Assembly (NCBI RefSeq): GCF_000023965.1
Contig: NC_013202.1
Location: 1,560,001 to 1,592,000, forward strand
Direction: 5' to 3'
Source: Halomicrobium mukohataei DSM 12286
GTDB lineage: Archaea; Halobacteriota; Halobacteria; Halobacteriales; Haloarculaceae
Length of the DNA stretch: 32,000 nucleotides
Shown piece after piece: positions 1 through 9,037 of this stretch (position 1 is its first letter; every line of letters starts with the position of its first letter). The notes beneath the pieces are model-generated. The model made no database searches and had not been told where the DNA came from. It saw nothing but the letters and a program-made list of their open reading frames with translations. Made by a program: the position numbers and the translations under genes.

Positions 1-19
1 ATTGGATCCAGTCCGGTGA

Positions 20-307
20 TCATGATTGCCCCTCTGCCATGATCACGTCACGCCGACGGACGTACGCCGCGACCAAGAAGACGAGGCCCGCGAGCCCGAC
101 GCCGATCCCGTGTTCGACGAAGTTCAACACGCCACCGAGCAAGAGCGCCTCGATGTTCGTCGCGACCATCCCGACGACGAGTAGGACGTAGCCTGCTGTG
201 AACCATTTTGTCTCTTCTTTGTACTGCGAGAGGACCGGAATAAGACCTACGAGGGCAACGATCAGCCCAACGAGTTCGAGTGGAGTGAATACCCAAACTT
301 GTACCAT
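20..307 (-). CDS. small integral membrane protein, function unknown
   Basis: ATG at 305-307 (minus strand) and TGA at 20-22 give 95 aa. Three hydrophobic helices are visible. A TATA-like CTATATTT lies on the minus strand at 332-339, about 25-30 nt upstream. Confidence 0.6.
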   Translation of the reverse strand: MVQVWVFTPLELVGLIVALVGLIPVLSQYKEETKWFTAGYVLLVVGMVATNIEALLLGGVLNFVEHGIGVGLAGLVFLVAAYVRRRDVIMAEGQS

Positions 308-436
308 ACTCGTGGATAGTGATTGGTATACAAATATAGCACGGCCAGAGTATCACGCCTGAAAACACGCCGGACGGTCGTTTGAGCGGTTGCGGCCGTC
401 ACGAGAGCGTTCACTGACGACGTGAAAATTGGACCA

Positions 437-520
437 CTTAGTAACAATTGAAACGATTTACACACCGATCGCACTGCCGTCGTGCGATCGGGTGTGCATT
501 GATTTTCAATGTCTACTATA
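437..520 (-). repeat. 84-bp palindromic MITE-like repeat, copy 1 (inverted relative to copies 2 and 3)
   Basis: Its reverse complement differs from copy 2 at 3 internal positions plus the last 2 nt. It has the same central hairpin GATCGCAC-N7-GTGCGATC. It ends 2 nt from the stop codon of the 523-936 gene. Confidence 0.9.
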
Positions 521-522
521 GC

Positions 523-936
523 TCAGGGCCAGTCGTCGCGCTGCTCTTCCTCGTCGACGGCGTCGGGCGCTTCGGGATCGCCCAGTTCCCAGTCGGCCGC
601 CTCGGCGGCTCCTTCGACGGTGAGGTACTCCCAGCCCGCCGTCTCGGCGAGTGCTTCGTCCTCGTCGCTCGTGCCGACGAAGACGTGGCGCTCGGTGTCG
701 AACTGCTCTTTGACGTTGCCGAGGCTCTCTTCGCGGCCGCGCGGGCCCGAGAAGAAGTCCTGTCTGATGCGGTGTTTCCGACAGAAGTTCGTGACGACGT
801 AGGTGGGTTTCTCGGAGATGACGCCGACGTACTCGGCCCACTGGCGCGCGTCGTTGAAGACTGCGTCAGGCTGAGCCAGTTCTTTGAGCGCCGCGAGTTC
901 GATCGCGAGTGTCATGTCGCCGCTGCCGCCAACCAT
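523..936 (-). CDS. conserved acidic hypothetical protein
   Basis: 137-aa ORF with ATG at 936 (alternative ATG at 915) and TGA at 523-525. The composition is acidic and haloarchaeal-like. I recognise no catalytic motif. Confidence 0.6.
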   Translation of the reverse strand: MVGGSGDMTLAIELAALKELAQPDAVFNDARQWAEYVGVISEKPTYVVTNFCRKHRIRQDFFSGPRGREESLGNVKEQFDTERHVFVGTSDEDEALAETAGWEYLTVEGAAEAADWELGDPEAPDAVDEEEQRDDWP

Positions 937-955
937 GCCCGGATCTCGGCTGCCA

Positions 956-970
956 CCGGAAAAAAGGCCG
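956..970 (-). terminator. oligo-T terminator candidate after the 987-1208 gene
   Basis: The minus strand reads CGGCCTTTTTTCCGG, with a T6 run 22-27 nt downstream of the stop. Archaeal termination uses oligo-T tracts. Confidence 0.35.
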
Positions 971-986
971 TCGGTTCACCCGCCGA

Positions 987-1208
987 TCAGCGCTGGCGGT
1001 CGTCCACGTCCCGCAGTTTCGACGCCTGCCCGTTGATCTCCCGCATCTCCCTGACGGCGTCCTGCCCGTTTTTGTGACCGTGGGCATAGTTGACGGAGGC
1101 GTCGAGCAGCGACCCGGCGAAGCCAGCGTCTTCGTCGTCGCCACCGTCATCGTCCTCGCTGCTTCGTTTCGGAATGCCGACCAGCCAGCGGACGAATCGT
1201 CGGAGCAT
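987..1208 (-). CDS. small acidic hypothetical protein
   Basis: 73 aa, ATG at 1208, TGA at 987-989, with an acidic stretch SSEDDDGGDDEDAG. It is followed by an oligo-T run. No recognisable domain. Confidence 0.5.
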   Translation of the reverse strand: MLRRFVRWLVGIPKRSSEDDDGGDDEDAGFAGSLLDASVNYAHGHKNGQDAVREMREINGQASKLRDVDDRQR

Positions 1209-1258
1209 GCGCTCAAGTTTCCGTTACAGCGACAAAAAACGCTCGCCGACTGTCGACG

Positions 1259-2509
1259 TTACTCGGCCTGTGCGGGCGCGACTTCTTCGAGGCGTTCGAT
1301 GTCCACGTCTTCTTCGAGCAGCAGTTCCTTCTTGTCTGCGACCTCGCGCTCTTCGCGGATGAGCTTCTTGAACTTCGACTGCTGGGAGAGATCGCCGATG
1401 AGCACGCCGCCGATGAGCTTGCCGTCCTTGAAGGTGAGTCGCCGCCACTCCGTGTCGGAGTACTTTCGCTCGCAGTCCTCGTCGCCGAGCGTCGGGTGAC
1501 CGAAGGAGAGGAAGGGGAAGTCGAAGTGGGTGATCGAGTACGTCGAGACCCAGCGGAACTCTTCTTCCTCGGCATCGGCGACCATGTTGGCACCGGCGAC
1601 CGAACCCTGCTCTTTGGCCGAGCCCCACGCGCCGTTCTGTGCGCGCTCGTCGAGGATCGTGTCGTAGAACTGCGTGATGTCGCCCGCGGCGTAGACATCT
1701 TCCACGTTGGTCTGCATGTACTCGTCGACGACGATCCCGTCGTCGGTCTCGATGTCCGAGCCGGCGAGGAACTCGGTGTTGAAGTCCAGCCCGATCGCGA
1801 CGCCCGCGAAGTCGCCGTCGTAGCGGTTGCCGTCGGGGTCGACGGCCGCCTCCACGTGGCCGTCGTCGTCGACCTTGAAGTGATCGACGCCGGACTCGAA
1901 GACGGGTTCGACGCCGACGCCGCGCATCGCGTCGTGGATGATCTCCGCGCCGTCGAGGCTGAGCGCGTAGCGCCACCAGCGGTTGCCACGCATGAGGAAC
2001 GTCCCGTCGATCCCCTGTGCGCCACAGATCGCGGCGAGGTCGATCCCCAGCAGACCCGCACCGACGATGATCGCGTCGTCGGTCTCCTCTGCGTGTTCGC
2101 GGATGTTGCGGGCGTCCTGGAACGTCCAGAAGTGGTGGATCCCGTCGGCGTCGGCGTTGTCGACCGGGAGCTGGGCCGGCGTCCCGCCGGTCGCGACGAG
2201 CAGTTTGTCGTACTCGTAGCTGTCGCCCTCGTGAGTGTGAATCTCGTGGGCGTCGGTGTCGACCTCCGTGACGTGGGTGTTCAGTTCGAGGTCGATGTCT
2301 CGCTCCTCGTACCACTCTGGTTCGTGGATCGAGATCGGTGCTTCGGGGAGCTTGCCCTTCGCGAACTCCTTGATGAGGATCCGGTTGTACAGGGCCTCTC
2401 CCTCGTCCGTGATGACTGTGACGTCTGCGTCTGGATCGGCTTCGCGGATCGACTCTGCGGCCGACGACCCCGCGATGCCGTCACCGATAATCACGTGCGA
2501 CGTGCTCAT
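1259..2509 (-). CDS. FAD-dependent pyridine nucleotide-disulfide oxidoreductase family protein
   Basis: Start moved to the ATG at 2509 (MSTSHVIIGDGIAGSSAA is the Rossmann GxGxxG). A second dinucleotide fold is IIVGAGLLGIDLA, and AAGD is present near the C-terminal part. 416 aa. The 106-aa upstream extension in the ORF track is basic and not protein-like. Confidence 0.85.
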   Translation of the reverse strand: MSTSHVIIGDGIAGSSAAESIREADPDADVTVITDEGEALYNRILIKEFAKGKLPEAPISIHEPEWYEERDIDLELNTHVTEVDTDAHEIHTHEGDSYEYDKLLVATGGTPAQLPVDNADADGIHHFWTFQDARNIREHAEETDDAIIVGAGLLGIDLAAICGAQGIDGTFLMRGNRWWRYALSLDGAEIIHDAMRGVGVEPVFESGVDHFKVDDDGHVEAAVDPDGNRYDGDFAGVAIGLDFNTEFLAGSDIETDDGIVVDEYMQTNVEDVYAAGDITQFYDTILDERAQNGAWGSAKEQGSVAGANMVADAEEEEFRWVSTYSITHFDFPFLSFGHPTLGDEDCERKYSDTEWRRLTFKDGKLIGGVLIGDLSQQSKFKKLIREEREVADKKELLLEEDVDIERLEEVAPAQAE

Positions 2510-2639
2510 AGGCGGGACGTTGGATATCGGGCTTAATGTGGATTGCCATCTCCGCGCCAGGTGGCAAGTATTGACGCGGTGGGTGGAAATCACCCCCCCG
2601 ATCGCGGGGTTGAAGGCCGTCGCGACCAAGGGAAACGTG

Positions 2640-3218
2640 ATGAAACTCCGCCAGAACGTCAAGCACTTCGCGGCCAAGCAGGCGCTGACACTCCCAGTCG
2701 TCGGCGATGCGGTCAACGACCGGCTGGTGGACTTGCACACGAACGTCTTCGCCGACAAGGCCGAGCCCGGCCGCGCCGACGAACGGCGCGCCCACCTCGA
2801 CGACTTCTTCGACGCGACGATGGACACCTACGTCGCCGCGCTGGACGCCGGCTTCCCCGAGGCCGAGGCCAGAGAGATCACGCACGTGCAGGCGAACTTC
2901 GACTTCTACAACCACGGCTGGACGGAGATGATGGAGTTCCCCGTCGACGAGCTGGCGGACCACTACGAGCGCTACGAGTCGTTCTTCGAGCGCTACGACA
3001 TCACGATCGACGAGCCACTCGGGACGTTCGCTCCCGCGGACGGCATCACCGAGGCCCCGTCGACGCCCGAGAAGCTCGACGATCCCGAACACCCCCACGC
3101 AGAGGGCGGATTCGCCGACGACGTGTACGTCGAGACCGACGACGGCGAGATCGTGGTCGGCGGCCAGGAAGAGCCCACCGACGTGGATCCGAGCGAGGCC
3201 CCCGGCGTCGGTGAGTGA
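2640..3218 (+). CDS. acidic hypothetical protein
   Basis: ATG at 2640, in frame with the 2256-3218 ORF. The upstream part overlaps the divergent oxidoreductase gene, so it was trimmed. 192 aa, very acidic C-terminal tail. No motif recognised. Confidence 0.65.
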   Translation: MKLRQNVKHFAAKQALTLPVVGDAVNDRLVDLHTNVFADKAEPGRADERRAHLDDFFDATMDTYVAALDAGFPEAEAREITHVQANFDFYNHGWTEMMEFPVDELADHYERYESFFERYDITIDEPLGTFAPADGITEAPSTPEKLDDPEHPHAEGGFADDVYVETDDGEIVVGGQEEPTDVDPSEAPGVGE

Positions 3219-3680
3219 CTACCTCGATTCGTCCGCGACAACGGCGAACAGCGCGATCCACTCTACGGTCGTCCGGGCGGTCCCGGTGATCGCCACGACG
3301 GCGAACGCGTAGCGTCCTGGCGGGAAGGTGACGCGTCCGTCGGTGACGCCCGCACCGCTCCGATCGCGAGGATCGGGACGGGTGGCAGCCGGTGGAGCAG
3401 ATCCGACGGAGACTCGAGGAGAGGAAGCTCGGACGACCGATGTCGGTGAATCGCTCGCCGGCCGATGTCGGCGTCGCCCGGGGTTCCGAGGTCTGGACGG
3501 GCGCGGGCGTCAGCGTCTGGGACTAGTCGTTCCCGAGGCCGCTACAGCCGCTGAGGCCAGCCAGTACAGCGAGAAACGCCCGTCAGTCTATTACTCGCTT
3601 CTACGAACTGCCGAGTCAAGAACTCCCGACACGGGCGTCAGAGAGACCAGTTATCACCACTGAGAAATCCAGGGGAGACA

Positions 3681-3688
3681 TTATCTAT
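3681..3688 (+). promoter_or_regulatory. TATA-box candidate for the transducer gene
   Basis: TTATCTAT lies 22-29 nt upstream of the ATG at 3710, which is leaderless-type spacing. Confidence 0.35.
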
Positions 3689-3709
3689 CAGTCACACTCA
3701 ACGTTACTC

Positions 3710-5356
3710 ATGAGCTCGTCCGAGGCCGATCTCGAAGACGTCTCTGGATCAGTGGTCCTCGAACCGTCAGCGTCCGGCAGCGCTCGTTTGTGGACGGTGA
3801 TGGGTGCGTTATCACATCGAATCAATAGATACCTACCGGCGTCGCTGCAGTCGACGCTGAATCGCGCGCTGTACGTTCATGCTGGAATAGCCGTCGTCGC
3901 TCCGCTGTTTGTCGCGTTCGTGACCGGATCGATCCTCACAGCGGTCGCGATTCTCTTGTTTACGTTCGGCTTCGGTGCCCTGATCTACGGCGAAATGTAC
4001 CGGATCATCCAGAACCTCCAGGACGCGACGGGTGCGATCGGCGAGGAGACGTACGACATCGAGATCGCCGAGCACCGTGCCGACGAAATCGACGACGTCT
4101 ATCGCCGGATCGAGGCGACAGCGGCCGATCTGGACGAACGCATCAGCGAGGCAGAAGCGGCCCGTGAGGAAGCAGAGACGGCCCGCAGAGAGGCGGAAGC
4201 GGCACAGGACGAGGCCGAAGCGACAGCCGAGCGGTTACGGCGACGGGCAGACGAATACAGTACGGTGATGCGGACCGTCGCAGACGGGGACCTGACGCGA
4301 CGACTACCGACTGACGCCGACAACGAGGCCATGGCCGAGATCGCGACCTCGTTCAACGCGATGCTCGACGATCTGGAGGGGACGGTCCAGGAGGTGATCG
4401 CGTTCGCCGAGACGGTGTCGACGGTCACTGGCAGCGTCGAGGCGCGTAGCGAGGCGATCGAACGCGCGAGCAGCGACGTCGACGACGCGATGGACGAGAT
4501 CGTCGAGGGGGCAGACGACCAGCGGGACCGTCTCGGTGACGCAACCAACCAAGTCAACGACATTTCAGCGACCGTCGAGGAGATCGCGGCCTCCGCGACG
4601 GAGGTCGCAGAGACGGCCGACGAGGCAGCCGAAACGGGTCGAGACGCGGGGTCGGCGGCTGGTGCTGCCGTCGACGAGATCGAGACGATCACGGCAGCAG
4701 TGTCGGCGATGGCCGACGACGTGACCGAACTCTCGGCGCACATCGATCAGGTCGACGAGATCGTCGACCTGATCGACGGGATCGCGGAGCAGACCAACAC
4801 GCTCGCACTCAACGCGTCGATCGAGGCCGCACGTGCCGGCGAGGCGGGTGAGGGATTCGCCGTGGTCGCCGACGAGGTCAAGGGGCTGGCACAGGAGACC
4901 CAGGAAGCGACAAAGGAGGTCGAGTCGCTGATCGATGCGATGCGCGAGCAGGCGACGACCGCGGTCGATGGCGTCGAGACTGTCGAGTCGAGCGTCGAGC
5001 AGGGCACAGAGACCATCGAGGACGCGATGGGCGCGATCACGACGGTCGTCGACAAGATCGAGACGCTCAACGCGGGCGTACAGGAGATCGACGCCGCGAC
5101 CGACGAACAGGCCGAGACGACCCAACGCGTCGTCGGGACGATCGAGGAGACCGCCGCAGTCAGTGACCAGACGGCGTCGCGGGCACGCTCTGTCGGCGAG
5201 ACTGTCGGCGAGCAACTGGGCGAGACAGACGCACTGACCGACGCGATCGGCGACCTCTCGACGGAGGCGAGGCGGCTGCAGACCGCACTCGAAGATCTCC
5301 AGGTGAGCGATTCGGCGACGGAGGCCGGCGGTGTCGCCACCGCGACCGACGACTGA
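3710..5356 (+). CDS. methyl-accepting chemotaxis protein (haloarchaeal Htr-type transducer)
   Basis: 548 aa. A TM hairpin (aa ~55-95) has no intervening extracellular domain. A HAMP-like segment ([29 protein letters not shown]) is present. The canonical MCP signalling tip is [38 protein letters not shown]. Confidence 0.92.
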   Translation: MSSSEADLEDVSGSVVLEPSASGSARLWTVMGALSHRINRYLPASLQSTLNRALYVHAGIAVVAPLFVAFVTGSILTAVAILLFTFGFGALIYGEMYRIIQNLQDATGAIGEETYDIEIAEHRADEIDDVYRRIEATAADLDERISEAEAAREEAETARREAEAAQDEAEATAERLRRRADEYSTVMRTVADGDLTRRLPTDADNEAMAEIATSFNAMLDDLEGTVQEVIAFAETVSTVTGSVEARSEAIERASSDVDDAMDEIVEGADDQRDRLGDATNQVNDISATVEEIAASATEVAETADEAAETGRDAGSAAGAAVDEIETITAAVSAMADDVTELSAHIDQVDEIVDLIDGIAEQTNTLALNASIEAARAGEAGEGFAVVADEVKGLAQETQEATKEVESLIDAMREQATTAVDGVETVESSVEQGTETIEDAMGAITTVVDKIETLNAGVQEIDAATDEQAETTQRVVGTIEETAAVSDQTASRARSVGETVGEQLGETDALTDAIGDLSTEARRLQTALEDLQVSDSATEAGGVATATDD

Positions 5357-5374
5357 AGCCCGAGACGGCGACCG

Positions 5375-6688
5375 CTATCCGCCGTCGGCGATCTGATCGG
5401 CACACTCGTAGCCGGCGACGATGCCGCCGTTGAGGCTGCGCTCGGGGTACTGTGCCCGAGAGGCCATCCCGGCGTAGTAGACGCCGTCCGCGATCTCGTC
5501 GGCCAGGTCGTACGGGACGACCATGTCCAGATAGCCCCGCTCGTAGATCGGTGCCGTCCGCGGATTCCGAGCGGTCTCGACCCAGTTGACGCTCTCGCGG
5601 TCGAAGTCGGGGAACAGCCCCTCGATGCCGGACAGCCACGTCTCGCGGATCTCCGTGTCGTCCTGTTGCCAGTAGGGGTCTTCCGTGTGCTGAACGTACT
5701 TGGCGATGTAGACGAGGTGTTCGCCGCCGTAGCGCTCGGGCGGGACGAAGTTGGTGTGCTCGATGAGCGCCCCGAACGGAGCCTCGTCGGCGATGTTGAG
5801 CCAGTAGGTGTCGGTCAGCGACTCGTCCATACTGATCACCGAGCAGATCGTCCCCTGGAAGTCGATCGCACACTCGTAGCCCGTCAGGGCTTCGAGGACG
5901 GTCGGCATCGCGGCGACGATCGCCGCGTCAACGTCGTGGGTGGTCGTGCCGTCGTCCGTCTCGACCGTCATCGTCTCGACCGCGCCGCCGACCGTCGCGA
6001 GGTCCTGCACGCGCGCCCCTGTCGTGATGTTTTCCCGACCGACCGCCTCGACGAGCGCGTCCAGCAGCCGGCCGAAACCGCCGTCGAGGTAGCCGAGGAT
6101 CTCCCCGTTGAGGATGTCTCGCTCCCCGCGGAACTTGATGCGTCCGAGCAGCCAGGCGGCGCTTACGTCCGCCGCGCGCTCGCCGAACTTCGCTTCGAGC
6201 AGCGGTTCGAAGAACGTCTCGTAGACGTTCTCGGTCGTGTGCTCTCGGGCGAACTCCTTGACCGGCACGTCCTCGAAGTCTTCGAGGCGCTCGTAGGTGT
6301 CGAACTTCGGGACGCCGCCGCGAACGTCGATATCGAGCGTGAGCATCCCGAGCCTGAACTTGTCGTAGACGCTCCAGTGGGGGAACGCGAGGATCTCCCA
6401 GGGCTTGTCCATCGGGTGGACGACCCCGTCGACGTAGTAGGCGTTCTCGCCGATCCGCCACTCGACGTCCTCGCCCAGCCCCAGCTCGTGGGCCAGCTCG
6501 ACGATCGTCTCCTCGGACTTCGAGAGGTGGTGATAGAACTTCTCCAGAGGGTCCCCGGCGGTCTCGTACACCGCGGCCAGTCCGCCGACCTGGTCTGTGG
6601 CCTCGAACACGTGGACTTCGTGGCCGCGTTGCTGGAGCCGGTACGCGGCCGCCAGCCCCGCGATGCCGCCGCCGACGACGCCGATCAT
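5375..6688 (-). CDS. NAD(P)/FAD-dependent oxidoreductase (amine-oxidase / protoporphyrinogen-oxidase-like fold)
   Basis: 437 aa with N-terminal MIGVVGGGIAGLAAAYRL..EVHVFEA (FAD beta-alpha-beta fold). The ATG at 6686-6688 overlaps the TGA of the upstream kinase gene (ATGA overlap). Confidence 0.85.
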   Translation of the reverse strand: MIGVVGGGIAGLAAAYRLQQRGHEVHVFEATDQVGGLAAVYETAGDPLEKFYHHLSKSEETIVELAHELGLGEDVEWRIGENAYYVDGVVHPMDKPWEILAFPHWSVYDKFRLGMLTLDIDVRGGVPKFDTYERLEDFEDVPVKEFAREHTTENVYETFFEPLLEAKFGERAADVSAAWLLGRIKFRGERDILNGEILGYLDGGFGRLLDALVEAVGRENITTGARVQDLATVGGAVETMTVETDDGTTTHDVDAAIVAAMPTVLEALTGYECAIDFQGTICSVISMDESLTDTYWLNIADEAPFGALIEHTNFVPPERYGGEHLVYIAKYVQHTEDPYWQQDDTEIRETWLSGIEGLFPDFDRESVNWVETARNPRTAPIYERGYLDMVVPYDLADEIADGVYYAGMASRAQYPERSLNGGIVAGYECADQIADGG

Positions 6689-8904
6689 GTCCGCTCGTTT
6701 TCGGGCGACCGGGATGTGTGTTGTGTCTCGGCCTGCTGGAACTCCAGCACGGCGACGGCACCGCGGCGCGTGCCCTCGTCGCGGATGTCGTTGTCCTCGA
6801 TCCAGACTGTCCCGCCGTAGAGGTTCATCATCACCGAAACGAAGTAGAGTCCGAAGCCGTGGCTGGTCTGGCTGGCCCCGACGTTGCGCTCGAAGACGGT
6901 CTCTTTCATCTCGTCGGTCATGCCGGGGCCGTTGTCTGCGACTCTGAGCTGGACGCGGTCGGCGATCTCGCTGGCGGTGATCTCGACGCGGGGCGCTGGT
7001 GCGTCGTTGTGCGTGATGGCGTTCGAGATGACGCTGTCGACGACCTTCTCGACGAGGTCGTTGGCGAGGACGGTCAGCCCGTCGTCGACGGCCAGGTCGA
7101 TGGTCACGTCCGTGAAGTCCTCCGAGAGCACGTCGACGCGGTCGGACAACACCCCGCCGAGATCGATCCTGTCGAGGCGCTGTGCCTCGCTGGCCGTGAC
7201 GGTGTCGTTGATCGCTTCGATCTCCTCGCTGAGTTCCGAGAGATCCTCACACCACTGGACGATGCGGTCGAGGTGTCGCTGTCTGGCGTCGTCGACGTGG
7301 TCTCGCAGGTGGTTTGCTCGTCCTTCGATGACGAGCAGGGCGTTGCGCAGCGTGTGTCGCAGCACCCCGTTGAAGAACGCGACCTGCTCGTTGCGACGCT
7401 CGATGGCCTGTCGGCTCTGGCGCAGCTCGTGTTCGCGGTCGACCTGCGTGAACGCGACCTGCGTCGTCCGGGCGAGGATCGTCGCGAACTGCTCGTCTTC
7501 GGTCACGAACGCACCGGGCTCGCGCGAGCCGATCGCCAGCACGCCGTGGTTGTCGATCGGAACGAGGAGGAGATACCGGAACGGCATCGTCGTTCCCGAG
7601 TCTCGTACGTCCGCTCTCTCGATCGTCTCGGACTCGTAGGCGCTGTAGATCGGGTGGCCCCGATCCTCGACCGTCAACTCCGTCAGCGTACACTCTCGTT
7701 CGAGCCCGTCGCTGGCGGCGATCGGGCACAGTCGATCGTTCTCGTGGACGTATACGGCCGCGATGTCCTGATCGAGGACGCGGTCCGCGAACCTCACCGT
7801 CAGCTCGGCGATGCGCTCGACCGAGTTGGCCGTGATGAACTTCTGGGTCGCCGCCTGGAGGGCTTCCAGGCGGTCCTGGCGGCGCTGCTGGCCGGTCACG
7901 TCACGCAAGACGACGAGTCGCCCCCGTTCGACGCCGTGCTGGTCGTCGATCGAGGTGACCTGCGGGTCGAAGTACGTGACCTCTTCGGCGGGCCCGTCGG
8001 ACCGCGAGTAGACCGAACTGCCGTCGAGCCGTTCTGCGAGTCGCGGTGCGACGGTGGTAAGCCGTCGGTCACAGAGAGGGTCGGCGTCGAACATCGCCTC
8101 GGCGGCGCGGTTGTGGTCGAGGATCCGACCGTCTTCCGCCAGCACGAAGACCGGATCGGGCAGTTCGTCGACGAGGATGTCGCTCGCCAGTGGCGTCACG
8201 TCGAGGAGGTCGTACCGGAACAGTCCCCAGCCGAGCACCAGTCCGGTGAGGCCCAGCGCGGCCGGCGTCAGATCCACGCCCGGGTGCGAGAACTGATAGA
8301 ACTGCGTCGCGGCGTTGACGATGACCGGGACGAGGATCGCAGTCACTACCGTCGCCGTCTGGAGGCGGTAGATGGCCCGCGATCTGACGAGAAAGCGTGC
8401 CAGGAGGACGAACGCCGCCGCGAGGACGACGTACGTGTAGAGGAGATCGATCTGGGAGGGAATCCCCTCTGTGACGGTCAACACGGCGGCATCCTCCCAC
8501 GTTCCGACCCAAACGCTCTCGGGGCCCTGCACGTAGCCGTGGAGCGGTGCCGTCGCCGAGAGGGCGGTGTAGCCGGCCGGAACGATCCACACCAGCCCGA
8601 CGAACCGCGGCGTGAGAACGTCTTCACGTCCGATATAGGAGAGCACGAACACCAGTACGAGCGGGGCAGTGCTACTGGAGGCAGCCCGAGCGAAGCGGTC
8701 GAACAGATACGCGCTCGCCGGTTCCGCGGTCAAGACTCGGGCCGTCGCCATGAACGCCCACGCGGCGGCAGCGACCATCAGCCAGCCAAACGCCGCGGCC
8801 GCCGGGCGATCGTGGTTGCGCCAGGCGAACACCGCCATGGCACTGCAGATCAGCCCGCTGACCAACGTCGTGGCGACGGTCCCCCAGAAGACGTACGTGG
8901 CCAT
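6685..8904 (-). CDS. membrane sensor histidine kinase (N-terminal multi-TM domain, PAS, GAF, HisKA, HATPase_c)
   Basis: ATG at 8904; the longest ORF uses a GTG at 8940. About 7 TM helices occupy aa 1-230. H-box LRHTLRNAL, N-box NAITHND, G1 VADNGPGM, G2 GFGLYFV. TGA at 6685-6687. Confidence 0.9.
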   Translation of the reverse strand: MATYVFWGTVATTLVSGLICSAMAVFAWRNHDRPAAAAFGWLMVAAAAWAFMATARVLTAEPASAYLFDRFARAASSSTAPLVLVFVLSYIGREDVLTPRFVGLVWIVPAGYTALSATAPLHGYVQGPESVWVGTWEDAAVLTVTEGIPSQIDLLYTYVVLAAAFVLLARFLVRSRAIYRLQTATVVTAILVPVIVNAATQFYQFSHPGVDLTPAALGLTGLVLGWGLFRYDLLDVTPLASDILVDELPDPVFVLAEDGRILDHNRAAEAMFDADPLCDRRLTTVAPRLAERLDGSSVYSRSDGPAEEVTYFDPQVTSIDDQHGVERGRLVVLRDVTGQQRRQDRLEALQAATQKFITANSVERIAELTVRFADRVLDQDIAAVYVHENDRLCPIAASDGLERECTLTELTVEDRGHPIYSAYESETIERADVRDSGTTMPFRYLLLVPIDNHGVLAIGSREPGAFVTEDEQFATILARTTQVAFTQVDREHELRQSRQAIERRNEQVAFFNGVLRHTLRNALLVIEGRANHLRDHVDDARQRHLDRIVQWCEDLSELSEEIEAINDTVTASEAQRLDRIDLGGVLSDRVDVLSEDFTDVTIDLAVDDGLTVLANDLVEKVVDSVISNAITHNDAPAPRVEITASEIADRVQLRVADNGPGMTDEMKETVFERNVGASQTSHGFGLYFVSVMMNLYGGTVWIEDNDIRDEGTRRGAVAVLEFQQAETQHTSRSPENERT

Positions 8905-9037
8905 TCGATTGTCTCGTTCCGACAATATCCGTTCCGACACTAATCAGTTGCCCTGACGAACAGCCACACCGCCGGTCCCGGCCACACCCTGCGTACGGTC
9001 CGCTACCTTTTTGCCTGCAGTGGGGATACTCGGATGC

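Noticed and set aside
448-1077. A 209-aa plus-strand ORF starts with MKRFTHRSHCRRAI. Its sibling is 26568-26762.
   Set aside because: The start codon (TTG) lies inside the 84-bp repeat. The rest runs antisense through the 523-936 and 987-1208 genes. The shared peptide is a by-product of the repeat.
3328-3663. A 111-aa plus-strand ORF lies in the gap upstream of the transducer gene.
   Set aside because: It is basic and Arg/Gly-rich, has no TATA box at a sensible distance, and has no recognisable motif. The minus strand of the same region looks more like a gene remnant.
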